A DNA stretch of 64,000 nucleotides from an uncultured bacterium (lineage in GTDB: Bacteria > Babelota > Babeliae > Babelales > Vermiphilaceae). The notes under the pieces are model-generated. The model was not told the DNA's origin. It searched no databases and saw only the letters and a list, made by a program, of their open reading frames with translations. The stretch lies in contig CAVSFC010000002.1 in the NCBI GenBank assembly GCA_963727255.1, forward strand, positions 416,001 to 480,000, given 5' to 3'. A program made the position numbers and the translations under genes. Of the stretch, positions 31,953 to 44,648 are shown piece by piece (position 1 is the stretch's first letter; each line of letters starts with the position of its first letter).

Positions 31953-32579
31953 TTATTTTGATAGATAATCCTTAATGATCCGGACATTTTCTTCGATCCT
32001 GCAGGCATGCGTATCAATCATAAGATCATATGTTACTCCAGTATGAACATGGCACGCCTGCCATTGGGCGGCTCCGACGCGGCGATCGCCCCGGGCTTTT
32101 TCACGTGCCGCAAGAATATCTTTAGGCGCAGTCAGGCCTACCCATAATACCTTACAATCGCATAGTGCATCTTTCCATTGGTTAACCGCTACTTCTCCCA
32201 AAGAAACATCTTCTATGATAATAAAATGCCCTTGGGCTGCCAGCGTTGCAACTGTAAGCATAAATGCTTCACGGATTTTCTGCCCAAACTCACCGATGTG
32301 AAATGAATACTGTGTTTGGCCAAAATCATCAAGTATCGGTATACAAGAAAATCCTGGCGCAGGCTGATCGTTTGTCCAATCATTGTATGAGCTGGGTATC
32401 ATACTTATAAAATGATCAAGGGTAATGATTAAATGGGGTTGGGCAAGATTTTTTTGTAAAGCGTGCGAAAGCGTTGACTTGCCCGAACTTGTGGATCCAT
32501 TCAAATAAATAATCTGATATTCTTGCGACTGGGCATGATAGCTGAAGGCAACCAAAAATAGTAAGAAATTAAAGTGCAT
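31953..32579 (-). CDS. Chloramphenicol-phosphotransferase-like P-loop kinase with signal peptide
   Basis: IIYLNGSTSSGKST, LAAREKARGDR, YDLMIDT. Confidence 0.85.
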   Translation of the reverse strand: MHFNFLLFLVAFSYHAQSQEYQIIYLNGSTSSGKSTLSHALQKNLAQPHLIITLDHFISMIPSSYNDWTNDQPAPGFSCIPILDDFGQTQYSFHIGEFGQKIREAFMLTVATLAAQGHFIIIEDVSLGEVAVNQWKDALCDCKVLWVGLTAPKDILAAREKARGDRRVGAAQWQACHVHTGVTYDLMIDTHACRIEENVRIIKDYLSK

Positions 32580-32589
32580 AAAAACTCCT

Positions 32590-33198
32590 ACCTACAAACT
32601 TTCTGAAGTATATCAAAATTAGTGTTGTATTATTTTAAAAGTTTTGCAGTTGTAAGAAAGTACTCTTTCAAAGATGCAAAAGCAAAATACCGTTTGGACA
32701 GAGAATTAAAATCTTCACTCGAGGTTGATAACAGCGCATTAAATAATTTTTTACGGTTATCAAAAGCAAGCCGAATCTGCTCGCGCCTGAATGGTCTGCA
32801 AGAAATTGCTGAAGACGAATCGCTTGAATACAGAAAATAAGGCGTAATGGTATGCCTTTGATAGCCGAATCATATGATTCATGATCTTTGACTTTTAGAA
32901 GGTGTGGCACCAAATCTGTGGAATTGAGTATCTCTTTTTCGCATGAAGACGCCTGATTTTTATAATTCCAAGCGGGAATGAACCTCTTTTCTTTTTCCCG
33001 AAAAAGGTAATGGTTGCATCATAAAAATGTTCATAGTGAATGGCACCAGCATTTCAGAGCGAATTTTCCCGTCACGAAGCTTTCGATTAACGATATTTCT
33101 TGCACAATCTGATCTGTTTTTTCTTGCGGAAATGCTATGTATGCGATGCAAGAAAAAACAAAACAAGACTTTTAAGAGAATTTTTGAGTAATCTCATA
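32590..33198 (-). CDS. Hypothetical protein, frameshifted; boundaries approximate
   Basis: ATG at ~33198 followed by consecutive same-strand fragments. Confidence 0.35.
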
Positions 33199-33298
33199 AA
33201 AAAACTTTTTTAAAAATGCTCTTGCCAGGATATTTTTTTGGCTAATTTTAACTAACAAAAATGTATAACATAAAATCTAGGTACTTTTGAGGGTTATT

Positions 33299-33760
33299 AT
33301 GAAAAAGATAGTTTTTGTTCTTTTTTTACCCTTATTTGCTTTTGGAATGGAAGATAACCAACTTCTGGAGGCGGTTAAGTCTGGAGAGAATGATTTTAGA
33401 AATATCAAACGTGATTATGCACTGTAATCCCATTGATTATTAAAATGTTCATGGCTGATGGTGATAATAAGCAAACGCCTTCAATATTGCTTGCACATTT
33501 AGCATCAAAAAATCAGCTTTACAAGAGTTGTTGGCTCGATCAACCGCTTATTTCGTATATTGCAGAGATCTCAAAAGATCATAAGGCCGCTGCGACGAAA
33601 TATTCCGTCAATATCAAAATAAGGAGCCTTGGAGGCATGTTAAGGCCTATCTCTTAGAAGAAGCATATCCCGATATTTGTAGACTCAAAATTAAAACAGT
33701 GCTTTTAAAGCATTTAGAAACGTTTCAAAACCATAATCTCTATCATTTTTATAGGATGGG
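33299..33760 (+). CDS. Secreted hypothetical protein, frameshifted; 3' end approximate
   Basis: GAGGG RBS; MKKIVFVLFLPLFAFG-MEDN; continuation fragments at 33433 and 33699. Confidence 0.5.
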
Positions 33761-33797
33761 ATTATTTTTAAAAAGAATAATAAAGGGGGAACCTTGC

Positions 33798-34417
33798 ATG
33801 AATAATCAATTATCGATAAAAAAAGCCATTATATATGCCGTTAATTCCGGTAGTTTCAAATCCTTGGTATTTTGTAAAACTTACCTTTGGATGGCTCCGG
33901 TTTTCTACTTTTTCTAACCATCCCTGCATTGGCATTCGGTCTTCTTGCAGTGAATTATGCTTCTTTGATTGCATTGATAATCGGCTATTTTATCTTGTAT
34001 GTTTTTGGTGTTTTCATATGGTTTCTGCCCGCAAAGCTATTATTGCGATTTTATGATAAAGGGCCCGAGCCATTTCTATTAGGTTTATTTCTTTCACAGT
34101 TTAATTTGAGCATGCTAATCAAACTATTGCTCGCAGCAGCTCTTTTCAATTTACTCGTGGCGGCAGGTACGATTCTATTAATTATTCCTGGCATTTACTT
34201 GGCAGTTAAGTTTATTTTTGTATTTCTTAATATCATAGATATTGATTGTGGTGTGATTGAGGCATTTCGCAAAAGCTATAATGCTACTAAAGATAATTTT
34301 TGGCGATTGTTGGCCCTGCTTATTATCGCAGGGCTACTGCTTAATTTGATTATTACTATACCAGTTTCTGTGCTCATGATGGTACATGCATATCGCCAAT
34401 TAAATCCGGCACGATAA
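33798..34417 (+). CDS. Integral membrane protein (YciC/DUF975-like), 5' frameshift
   Basis: GTILLIIPGIYLAVKF, GVIEAFRKSYNATKDNFWRL. Confidence 0.75.
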
Positions 34418-34956
34418 GGCTTTCGACTTAATGTATCTTTTTGCTACAAAGCCCACCATAACGATAGCCAATCCATTAAAGATGAGATGAATGCCCACAA
34501 ATAAGCCAATAATATAGAGTGCTGAATAGGGCCATTGCATTAAAATCAAAATACCGAGTATGAGAGTTAAAATTCCACTAATGAGTACCCATATCCAATG
34601 CTCAAAACGGCGCGTAAGTGCTAAACTATCCGCATTACACCCTGTGCGATAAAAAGAAATGATAATAAAGAGCGTGAGCGATAAAGCGCCTGCGGTTGGT
34701 CTATAAAGAATTAATGCGCCCGCAACCAGGGCAAAAATGCCCAAAAGTAATTGGAGTAAAAATCCACTCCATTTACGAGCATATAATGCATGCCCAAATT
34801 GAATGAATCCGGAGAACACCAAGAGCCACCAAAGAAAACCACCGAAGCAAAGGTGGCAAAAACCACTGAAAAAATTGCCAGTGAGCCTAGTGCAATGAGC
34901 GCAAGCCCGAGCCCCATAAATATGCCCGCATGGTCTCGCAGTCGTTGTGCATTCAT
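34400..34956 (-). CDS. HdeD-family membrane protein (DUF308), frameshifted
   Basis: WIWVLISGILTLILGILILMQWPYSALYIIGLFVGIHLIFNG. Confidence 0.85.
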
Positions 34957-35087
34957 AGATACCTCTTATGAAGTAAAAATGTTTTATATGATGAGCAAAT
35001 ATTAGTTAATATGCACGCCTATTGTAAAAAATTAGGCTCTGTTTATCCTCTAAATAAGGACATTACTATTTTAGAGGGGCTATAAAA

Positions 35088-35955
35088 ACGAAAAAATTAT
35101 TAATTTTTATTTTCTTAGGGATAACCCAATTTGGTTTTTGATGATAAGATAATCCAAGAAAAAGAGCGATGAGCCAAAAAAATAAAATCAGATTCGCCAT
35201 TGCGAAACTTCTATTTCGCATTTGTTTAATGAAACAAAAACAGCAGCGGCCACTTTAAGTGCGACGAATAGCCCTAATGCGAGTCCCGTCCGTGGAAGAG
35301 GATTTAGCATCGCTAAATCCTGAGGTCAGTCCGAGAAAACCATCGCCTCTCAGCGGAAGTCCCACTCGGTTTCAATTATCAAAATCATTGGGGAAACGGG
35401 AATCGAAAGAAATGCTAGCCCATTTAAAAAATGAGTCCGATAAAATTGAAAACAATAAGGCTAATATCCGTAGACTTAAAGTTCGTATGGATAAAGTCAA
35501 AAACAATGCCTGATAAAGATGCGAAGAAAAAAGAATTGAGTCTGTTGCTCAATGCGGAAGATGCAAATTGGGATCTTGAAATAAGCAAGGAAAACTTGTC
35601 TAAAGAATTTTTTGCATTAAACGCAGATGAAATAGTCGCTGCTTTAAAGAACAACATTATGTTCTTACTGCAAAAAAATGTACAGGAAGCTGCAAATCAA
35701 GCTGTATTATGCAAGAAATTGTATTTAGAAAATTTTCTGTTACTACAAAAACTTTCCGGTCGGCACTATGGTAGTATGATAATTCGCGGTAGTAATCATT
35801 GGGATGTATCTGAAATAATGGATCCTATTTTTCATGAACTGAAGAGACATTATAACCCAACCGTTAATTTTGACAATCTTAATGAAATTTATGTTATCAA
35901 AGAATCAATAAAACCGAATCAATTCATACCGATTATACCAAAATCTAAATCATAA
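35088..35955 (+). CDS. Hypothetical protein, frameshifted; start approximate
   Basis: GAGGGG RBS, KKLLIFIFLG hydrophobic start, fragments at 35259 and 35431. Confidence 0.4.
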
Positions 35956-37812
35956 TTTTCCGTTTAAATTTTTTTTCAATTTCATAAAGCGGCAATGCCC
36001 AGCCGGTAGGTCGTCCATGGGGGCATGTAAATCGGTTTTCTATTTTTTCAAGATCCTTCAAAAGTTGTTGCATTTGAACCATAGTTAAACTATCGCCCGC
36101 TTTCACTGCAGCTTTGCATGCCATTTGCGCATGCAGTTTTTCATGAACTTTTTTATACCAATCGTCTGCATCAATAGTATTGAATTCGATGATCCATCCA
36201 ATGGTTTGGCGAACTATATTCTTCGATATTCACTTCTTTCAAATGTACTGGAATCGCCTGGGCTATTACTTGCTGTGCTCCCATAATTTCAAGTGCAATG
36301 TGAGTGCTGGTAAAAATCTGTAAATGTGCTTCAAGCAATTGCATTTCATCCGGACTTAAGTGATAATTTGAGGGAACAAAAGCCCGATGGTGGCTACTTC
36401 ATCAAATCGGGTTGAAAATAGTTCATATAAAATTCGTTCATGAGCAGCATGCTGATCAACTAAAAAGAGGCTCTCTTCTTGCTCGATAAGAATATATGTT
36501 TTATGGAATTGGCCGATAATTTGATATTCAGTGTTCGGGGTACTTTTTGTTTGTGTTTCACTAATGGGTTGAGGAGATTCAGTTGCAATGCTGTTGAAGA
36601 TCCTTTGCTATCCTCTGGATGAAATGATGAACCCTGCACGACCGCAATAGAAGAGGGGGGACAAATGGAGTTGAGGATTCTTGAATGGTCGCGGCGCTGC
36701 GCAGAAGATACATTAGGACTCGGTGACATTTAAGGATTCATTCGTGGTGAGTGCGAATGAAATTCGTGTGGCGAACCACTCATCTGATTTGCGAAAAACT
36801 AACTTTCTGATTCAATTGTGCAGAAAATGCTTTTCTAAATTTTCTTTCACAGTAATTTGCAATAGTTGTTCAATAATGCGAGGATTCAAAAATTGCACCT
36901 CTTCTTTGCGGGGATGAATATTGATATCCACCAATGCCGGATCAAGCGTAATAGAGATGCATGCAAGGGGAAATTTATCCTGCTGCAGAACATTCATATA
37001 TCCTTTGAGCAAGGCCTTGCTGAGTGCATGATTTTTTATCCAGCGGCGATTAACAAAAGAAAATAGCTGAGCGATCATACCGTGAATAGGTATGATGAGA
37101 AATAATTCCCGGTGATAGTTATGCCATTTTTCTCCGCATGAAGTGGCATGATCTGTTGCGCAATAGTATGATCCCAGAGTTGCGCAATTCGTTGTTGCAA
37201 ATCGCTTGCTGGCGGGCAATTATACTGCAGATTGCCTTGAGTGAATAATTTAAAATGTACCGGTAAATAATCAAGGCAGAATGCTTGAAATAAAAGCGTG
37301 ATTTGCCGCGATTCAGTCTCATGAGTTTTTAAAAATTTTTTGCGCGCCGGAACATTAAAAAAAAGATCTGCAATGCTGATATCAGTTCCCGCATTGCACG
37401 AAACTTGCTCTCGCTCAATCACCGTGCCTTGGTTCAGTACAAGTTTAGTGCCCGTTGAGGCTTCAGATTCTTTTGTAATTAATGTGACATTGCTTACCGC
37501 GCAGATGCTTGAAAGCGCTTCGCCGCGAAAGCCAAAGGTGGTTAGTGTTGGCAGATCATCAACGCGGGTAATTTTGCTGGTCGCATGATGCTTAAAGCAT
37601 GCGTGCGCATCTTCTTCATTCATGCCGCATCCATTATCAACGATACGAATTAGCGATTTTCCTGCATCATTAATATAGATTAGCGATATATGTGGCGCCA
37701 GCATCAAGAGCATTTTCAACAAGCTCTTTTACTACGTTTGCGGGTCTTTCAACTACTTCGCCGGCGGCGATTTTTTGTGCTTTTGTGGAGATAATTGTTT
37801 GATGCGTGCCAT
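35950..37812 (-). CDS. mutL: DNA mismatch repair protein MutL, multiply frameshifted
   Basis: [84 protein letters not shown]. Confidence 0.95.
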
Positions 37813-37869
37813 GGTGCTTTAAATGTTAGATTTAGAATTTAAAAAAATATATACCCTCCTATTATGCCA

Positions 37870-39105
37870 TTAAAAAAATAAATAATTAATTTTAAGGCCG
37901 AATTTTTTTTGACTCAGCTGATATTTTTTTAATTGATCAAGCGCAGTGCTCATCTGAGCGGAGGGAAAATATACTTTTGAGCCGCTTTTTCGTGATCTAT
38001 CAAATTTTAAACATTCATCTAATACATTGTTTGCAAACGTTAGCGCATTCTCTTTTCGTTGCTCATGCGCTTTGAAAAATAAATGGGTTGCTTGCAGGTA
38101 GCTGGTTTCAATTTCTTCATACTTACGATCAGTAATTTCTTTAGGGAAATCCTTTAAAGAATCCTTTTGTGTGCGAGCATGAGCTAATATCTTTTCGGCA
38201 TTATCAAGAATTTTTAAATTAAATCGCTGTTCTTCTGTATCCTTCACTTGATTGAGTGCCTCTTGTAAGGAAATGTAATCGACATGAATAGTATAGGCAG
38301 TATCTTCGATAACTTGCCGTACTTGCTCTAAATCAAGAATATTTTTAACAGTCTTTTGAATTTCATAAAATGCTGGGAAGTAATTTTCATTATACGCCGC
38401 TATAAAGAATTTGAGCGCTTGCGTAAAATTGGTTTCTGCATGGATGAATAGTTTATCAGGATCGGGCTGCATTTGATCGGATTGATAATTCTCTTTTTGC
38501 TTGATTATAGAGCAAGTGCCCTTGCCTGCAATTGAGATTCTTAATTTTTGATCCTGATATTTCTTCTTGTACCAGTTGCGGGATAGATAATTCATCAATT
38601 GCTATTTTTAGTTGAAAGAGTTTTTGTAAAGAGTGTTTTGATGAAAGGGGAGTTTTTATTTCCTGCGGCGGTCGCGGCTTTTTTTTTTGTTTGATATAAA
38701 TTCAAAATTTCTTTCACCTTATCTGCAATTTGCTTTACTTCTGCAGGCATCAGATAGTTTTTGTCAATTTCTTTTTTTTCATGCTCAACTTGCATAAGCA
38801 AGTGCCACATTTTGATTACCGGTATAATCGCTTCTTTATTATTCTTTTCATATTCTTCTAAAACATTTGATTGCTTTAATGTAAGCTGCTTCAAGATTAT
38901 TTGGCTTTACTTTAAGATCATCGGCATCTATAAGATTTTTAGTTAAAAGATAAACAGCATCGAGCTCAAGGGCTACTCTTTCAAAAGATTGGCACTTCTT
39001 AAATGTATTGTTTGAAATTGCAAGACTGGTATTTGGAGGCAGTTCCATACAAAGGATAAAACTATTGAATGCCAGAAGTGCTACAAAAAAATTGGAGCCA
39101 TTCAT
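37870..39105 (-). CDS. Secreted helical hypothetical protein(s), frameshifted (ORFs 38848-39105, 38595-38894, 37870-38598)
   Basis: Signal peptide ending LC-MELP; repeated (N/S)(F/Y)xxAxxxFxxA(Y/H) helical motif shared with the neighbouring gene. Confidence 0.55.
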
Positions 39106-40311
39106 GGCTTATCTTCTTCGCTTTTTTTAAATTTCTTTACCAAAGTTTTGAGAGGAGAATCGGTTCTTTTTCGTGGGCTTGCAGATTCTCGCAATGCTTG
39201 CTTCCAAGATAACAGATCTTTCTTTTCTTTATTTTCTGCTGCACCTTCTTTTCTTGGGGTTTGAGTTTCTTGCGATGCTGTTTCATTGTTTTTTTCTTTA
39301 TTTTGGCTTGCATTTTCTTGATTTATATCGGGCACTTGAGGGCGCAATTTTGGGCCTTCCTTATCTCTTTCCTCTCTAATCGTTCGGACTTTTGCCATGG
39401 CTTTTGCAAACCTAGGATTTATAACATATTGAGCCGGATCAAGTTCTGCAAGGCGCGCATTATTGTTGCATATTATTTCTACGGCCTCTTCCATTTTTTC
39501 ATATACTTTTTTACTTTTGGCAATCTCATAATAGATAGTAAAACAAGAGTAAAATCTCAAATGCTTGGCTATTGCTCTTTTGATACTCTTCTTTTAAATT
39601 TTTATTTTCTCGGTTGATATTTCTTGCGATATCAAGCTTTTGAGTAATGATTGTCAATTTTCCATCAATCGATACTACTTTAATCGGGATCTCTTCTAGC
39701 TTCATCCCCGTTGAAGCTCTCCTAATGAGCTTATTCTTTTTTGAAGTTAAGCGAGTATTCTCTTGTTCAATTATTTCTGTTAGAGAGTTTTTGAGATTGT
39801 TAATTTGCTGGATAAGCGGATCATTTTGTTGTCGTAATTTTTCTGCAGCAATAAGTTCAGGTATCGTATCACAAATATATTTAATAGCATTAGCCTGATC
39901 ATTTTTATAAGCTTGGATGAATAATTCTAAGGCTTTTGCATAGTTTGATACGCCTCCATTAAAATTCTCATTCTTTAATTTGTCTTGCGCTACCAAAGCT
40001 GAAAGCGCACCGATTTGGATGATTGCCTGTGACGTTCTTTTTGGAGTATCTAAGGATTTTCTGCGTGAATTTTCTCGAATGAGGCTTGGCGGATTGCTAC
40101 TATCGCTTGAATTATCGTGCGATTTAACATATACCGCTAATTCCTCGTTTAATTTTTGCAGATCATTTAAATATTCGAGCATAGTATCTTGTTTTTGTTT
40201 TTCTAAATAAAGAAATGGGCCAGGCTCATTGACTTCAATCGGTTTTTCCATAGAAAAGGAAAAAGATATGATAGGTATTAAAAGTAGATGGCATACTATT
40301 TTTTCGAGCAT
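39102..40311 (-). CDS. Secreted helical hypothetical protein (frameshift near 39550)
   Basis: Signal peptide ending FS-MEKP; NYAKALELFIQAY; basic, SP-rich low-complexity tail. Confidence 0.6.
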
Positions 40312-40349
40312 AGAATACTTTCCATTAAAAAAAAAGCCAATGCTTAACT

Positions 40350-40914
40350 GGTCTTAACTATGCTGGAGAATCGCGGCATTTTGAAGAATTTATATTTGCT
40401 TATTATTGAGTGTGGCGATAAAGCGATTTTTTTCTTTGCATTCGAATGCGATGATGCTCAGATTTGCATAGGACTTTCTGCGAGAATTTCAGCACACTGC
40501 ATTAATGTCTTGGTTTTTTCACCAGCGATTTTTAGTTCTATAGTTTTTTCATTAAATGAGAGCGATTCAAAGCTTGCATCATTTTTAAGGGCTAATTTAA
40601 TAGTTTTGAGCAATTCAAGTGGATTTTTTTGACTTTTGCAGTGTTGTTGCATATAGTTTGCCTTTTTTCTCAAGTTTTAATCGGAGTGCTTTTTTGGCTT
40701 TGATGATGGTGAGCAATATGATCCAATTTGCGAAGTTCAGAGCTAATCAAATTTTTTTCTGCTTCAAGGCACGAATGGAATACCATTGTTGTAAATATAA
40801 GCTTGCCATGCCGATAATCATCACTAAAAACAGTAAGTTACTCATGAAAAGCCATTGCGAAATTGCTTTATAGCGTTTGGGGGATCCGTTGGTATAAAAA
40901 TTAATCTGTTCCAT
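40350..40914 (-). CDS. PilN/GspL-like bitopic membrane protein, frameshifted; 3' end approximate
   Basis: MEQINFY, TM segment, coiled coil, then FESLSFNEKTIELKIAG; layout typical of PilN. Confidence 0.45.
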
Positions 40915-41586
40915 TAGTTTCTTTCTTGGTTAAAGAGGCCGATCATTGTTAATAATGATTTTTATGCTCTTGCATATCAAGATTAAGCGCAGGGCTGATC
41001 TTGAGAAGTCGCGCAACACTATCGATGCTGATGCTTTTTTCTAATGCATAGTTATGTGTGATAAGATCGAGCGCTAATTGCGATTTCCTGAATGCATGCC
41101 CAAAAAGCATGCGATAGGCTTGGATTAATGCCATGTAGCTGCTGGTAATATTCATCAAATTGAGTTCTGTTTTTTGAGCTAAAAGCTGCTGGCCAAATAG
41201 AACGGGCCTAAAGGCTCACAAATAAAATAATGATTGCCCATCATCCATCGTATGCAAGTAGCGATAATCCCAGAGCATTTTTTTTAATGCAGGATTTGCT
41301 AATTACATGCATTGAAGGTGATGCGGTTGATAATCGTAATAATTGTTCATGAATAAGTGGTGCTGAAAGAGCAATGTTGAGCAATGCATTATTCAATTTA
41401 TGTGTATGTACAAAATTGTATAATTCGTGTGCAAGAGTATGAAAACTTCCTTCCCAGCCAATAGTTGTATAGGCTTTTAAAGTAAGATTTTTCGATGCAT
41501 GCGCTTATCCATGCAATAGGTTGCGTCTGCATGGCACTACTGATATGCAAATTTGCTCATACTGAATTTTGGGTAATGGCCACATT
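40914..41586 (-). CDS. Hypothetical protein (possibly PilM/GspL cytoplasmic-like), heavily frameshifted
   Basis: Same-strand fragments between prmC and the PilN-like gene; product inferred from position only. Confidence 0.3.
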
Positions 41587-42486
41587 ATCAACTCTCCCGC
41601 TTGCTACACGATCTTTACCTTCAAGATCTTTAGGAATCTCGATTTGGTTATAGCCGTGTTGCTTCATATAATCTGCAACAGCATTGCCTTGGGTACTATC
41701 AATTTCCAATCATTAATTGCGGGATGTTCAGTTTTTTGAGCGCATCATTTTTTTTGATGTATCTTGGTGTTTGATCAATGATTTTTTTTATCAGTGCAAG
41801 TCCATTATCCTGCTGCAATTAATGCATTTTTATCTTCCCATTGTGAAACTGATTTATCAAGAGTTGCCCAATCTTTTGCAGGAATATAAGGCGGATTGCC
41901 AACAATCAAATCAAAGGTAAATTCGTGTGGAATCTGTGCAAAAAGATCAGAACGCAAAAAAGTGGCATTGCTGAATATGATTATGCGCAGCATTTTCTTG
42001 TGCGAGAGCAAGCGCTGCATCGGCAATATCAGTGCCATAGACCTTGTGCTTTGGGCAATGCATGGGCGAGTGCCAACGCGATGCATCCACTTCCGGTGCA
42101 CAGATCTAAAATCCATAGTTGCTGATCACGCAATGGCTTTAATTGCTCAATGAGATTCATGCACCATTCTTCAGTTTCTGGGCGGGGAATAAGGTATTGG
42201 AGGTTTGCATATAATATCAAGATCAGCAAAGGGTGTTGAGCCTAAAAGATACTGCAGCGGCATATCTTTATTGATGAGCTTATCAAGATAATCATCAAGT
42301 TTTTTTTGATCAGCATCAGTCCAATTAATTTCTTGCTCGCTGATGAGCATAATTTCTTTTTTCCCGGTTATTGCTTCAATGAGCCACCAACTATATTGAA
42401 TGCAAAGCGTCTTATCCTTAAACTTCGGGAATAATTTCTTCTCTAGAGTTTGTATCATCTGGAGAATGAGGATTTTCTCTTTTCAT
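41557..42486 (-). CDS. prmC: Release-factor glutamine methyltransferase PrmC/HemK, frameshifted
   Basis: MPLQYLLG, LIPRPETEE, ILDLCTGSGCIA, DLIVGNPPYI, KDLEGKDR. Confidence 0.92.
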
Positions 42487-42985
42487 TAGGACCTTTTTTT
42501 GAATTTTCTAGAATGTTTTCTGAGGTTATTTCTTGTATTTTCAGATCATTTTTTCTTTGGTTCGCTTGTTTGATTATCTCATTACTTTTGTCAATTAAAT
42601 GAAGCTTAATTAGATGGGATTTAGAGTTTTTATGTTTTTCAAATTCTTGCGTCGAAGTAAAATTCTTATTGCAGATGGCACAGGTATACCAATGAAGAGG
42701 GATTGTTTGTGGCTCTTGGGGCTGAAATATTGTAAAAAGCTCTTCATCGGGCGTTGTTTTAAGAATCTGTTCAATATGTTCGCAATTTTGGGTTTGGAAC
42801 TATTGTTGGTGGATTTTGCTTAGTTTCCATTGCTCTTGCAGGATACATGAAAAGTATGGTTACTAATAATAACTTCAAACTGCTTCCTTCTATAGCTTAC
42901 GATCCTATTTGTATTATTTTTAAACTATTGACATATAAGACTGTTTTCCGTGAAAGTTAATAAAAAAATTATACAAGGAGATGAT

Positions 42986-43150
42986 ATGTTTTTAAAATGG
43001 GCTCTTATATTTTTTGTTTTAGCAATTATTGCAGGTCTTTTTGGTTTTACCGGAATTGCTGCTGAGAGTGCACAAATAGCAAAAATATTATTTGCGATTT
43101 TTTTGATTGGGCTTTTAATTTCTCTTATTCTTGGGTTTGTGGTTGTTTAA
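42986..43150 (+). CDS. DUF1328 (YtjA-like) small membrane protein
   Basis: [48 protein letters not shown]. Confidence 0.92.
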   Translation: MFLKWALIFFVLAIIAGLFGFTGIAAESAQIAKILFAIFLIGLLISLILGFVVV

Positions 43151-44037
43151 CCGTTTAAAAGGTTGTGCACATATTCTTGTGCGTTAAAGAGTTTAAACAT
43201 TTCCGGTTGCTCGCCAAAAGAGATATAGGCGATTGGGATTTTTAATTCGTTGGTGATTGCGAAAACAATGCCTCCTTTACCCGTGCCATCCATTTTGGTC
43301 AGAATTACTCCATCAAGTGAAGTAGCTTCATGGAATAATTTTGCTTGATCGAATGAGTTTTGGCCGAGTATTTCATCGATGGTGAGCAAGGTTGTGATTT
43401 TCTGGCCTGAGGCTTGGGCAGTTATTACTCGTTTTATTTTTTCAAGCTCTTTCATGAGATTTATTTTGGTCTGAAGTCGGCCGGCAGTGTCTATTATAAG
43501 AACATCATAGGCATTTTCTTTAAAATGTTGGATCCCTTTAAAAACTAATGAAGCTGGATCTTGATTGGGGGTTCCCGAGATTACCCGGATGCCTAATCGG
43601 TCTCCCCAGGTTTCTAGCTGCTGGGTGGCTGCGGCGCGAAACGTATCGGCTGCAACCAGAAGAACGCGCTTTCCCTCTCCTGCTAATTTGGCAGCAAGTT
43701 TGGCTGCTGCGGTCGTTTTACCGCTTCCATTAATGCCAACTAAGAGTATGATCGAGCCCAATCCCCGGAATGGTTGAGTTTCCAGAAGCTGCAAGAGTTC
43801 TTTGGATAAAAGATCTTTAAGATCTGCACCATCTTTGAGTGTTCCTTTTTGCCAAGCGTCTCTTACTCGTTTAAGAATTTCCCGCGTTGTTGCAATTCCC
43901 GAATCGGCGCTCAATAAAATTGTTTCTAACTGCCGTAAGGTATCTTCATCCATTGGCCGTGCAAATAGGGCCTTGATTGGGGAACTAACGGCAGTATATA
44001 TTTTTGAAAAGGCGTCTTTAATAAACCCGAATACCAT
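43147..44037 (-). CDS. ftsY: Signal recognition particle receptor FtsY (short NG form)
   Basis: [33 protein letters not shown]. Confidence 0.96.
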   Translation of the reverse strand: MVFGFIKDAFSKIYTAVSSPIKALFARPMDEDTLRQLETILLSADSGIATTREILKRVRDAWQKGTLKDGADLKDLLSKELLQLLETQPFRGLGSIILLVGINGSGKTTAAAKLAAKLAGEGKRVLLVAADTFRAAATQQLETWGDRLGIRVISGTPNQDPASLVFKGIQHFKENAYDVLIIDTAGRLQTKINLMKELEKIKRVITAQASGQKITTLLTIDEILGQNSFDQAKLFHEATSLDGVILTKMDGTGKGGIVFAITNELKIPIAYISFGEQPEMFKLFNAQEYVHNLLNG

Positions 44038-44110
44038 GTATCGTCTCCTGCAGGTGTTTAATGAATGGGCATTCTTTTAGTATACGGGCTAGATAGTAAA
44101 TGAAAAGTTG

Positions 44111-44611
44111 TTATTGCAGATTAAGAGTCATTTTTGGCGAGAGTCCATTCTCTCTTGCTTTAACAGTGGTTTTCGCAAGAAAAGAGTTATCTATTTTCCC
44201 AAGCATGCGCTTATAAACATCTAGCAATTCTTCAGTACTCAGTGGATAAGGTCCCCAGGGGATGACCGCCCATGATAACTTTCTGGCTTTTTGCTCTTGA
44301 ATATCATGTATGCAGCGCTGTAAAAGATTATGCCCGATACCATTATTTCTATATTCCGAATAGACTATAGTTCTAATAATTCTCCAGCAAGTAGGATCCG
44401 AGTCTTTTGGTTCGTATTCTATATAGCCTACATAACTATCTGACGGTAGTTCCGCCCTGATATGTTTGTAATAGCCTTTTTCAGTCTTGATGACAGAAGA
44501 TATAAAGGTAACATCTTTGAGTATGTCTTTTTTTGGCTGCATGCCCCAGCATGTATTTATGCTCGCAAGTGCCAGTGCATATAACACGATTTGAAATGGT
44601 AATGATCGCAT
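44111..44611 (-). CDS. Secreted GNAT acetyltransferase
   Basis: Signal peptide ending WG-MQ; VYSEYRNNGIGHNLL acetyl-CoA motif A. Confidence 0.8.
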   Translation of the reverse strand: MRSLPFQIVLYALALASINTCWGMQPKKDILKDVTFISSVIKTEKGYYKHIRAELPSDSYVGYIEYEPKDSDPTCWRIIRTIVYSEYRNNGIGHNLLQRCIHDIQEQKARKLSWAVIPWGPYPLSTEELLDVYKRMLGKIDNSFLAKTTVKARENGLSPKMTLNLQ

Positions 44612-44648
44612 ATTAACCTCATTTTTGAAAATTAACCTGATTTATTAA

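Noticed and set aside
31953..32579. Bona fide chloramphenicol resistance gene
   Set aside because: Only family-level similarity; the signal peptide and context give no support for that substrate
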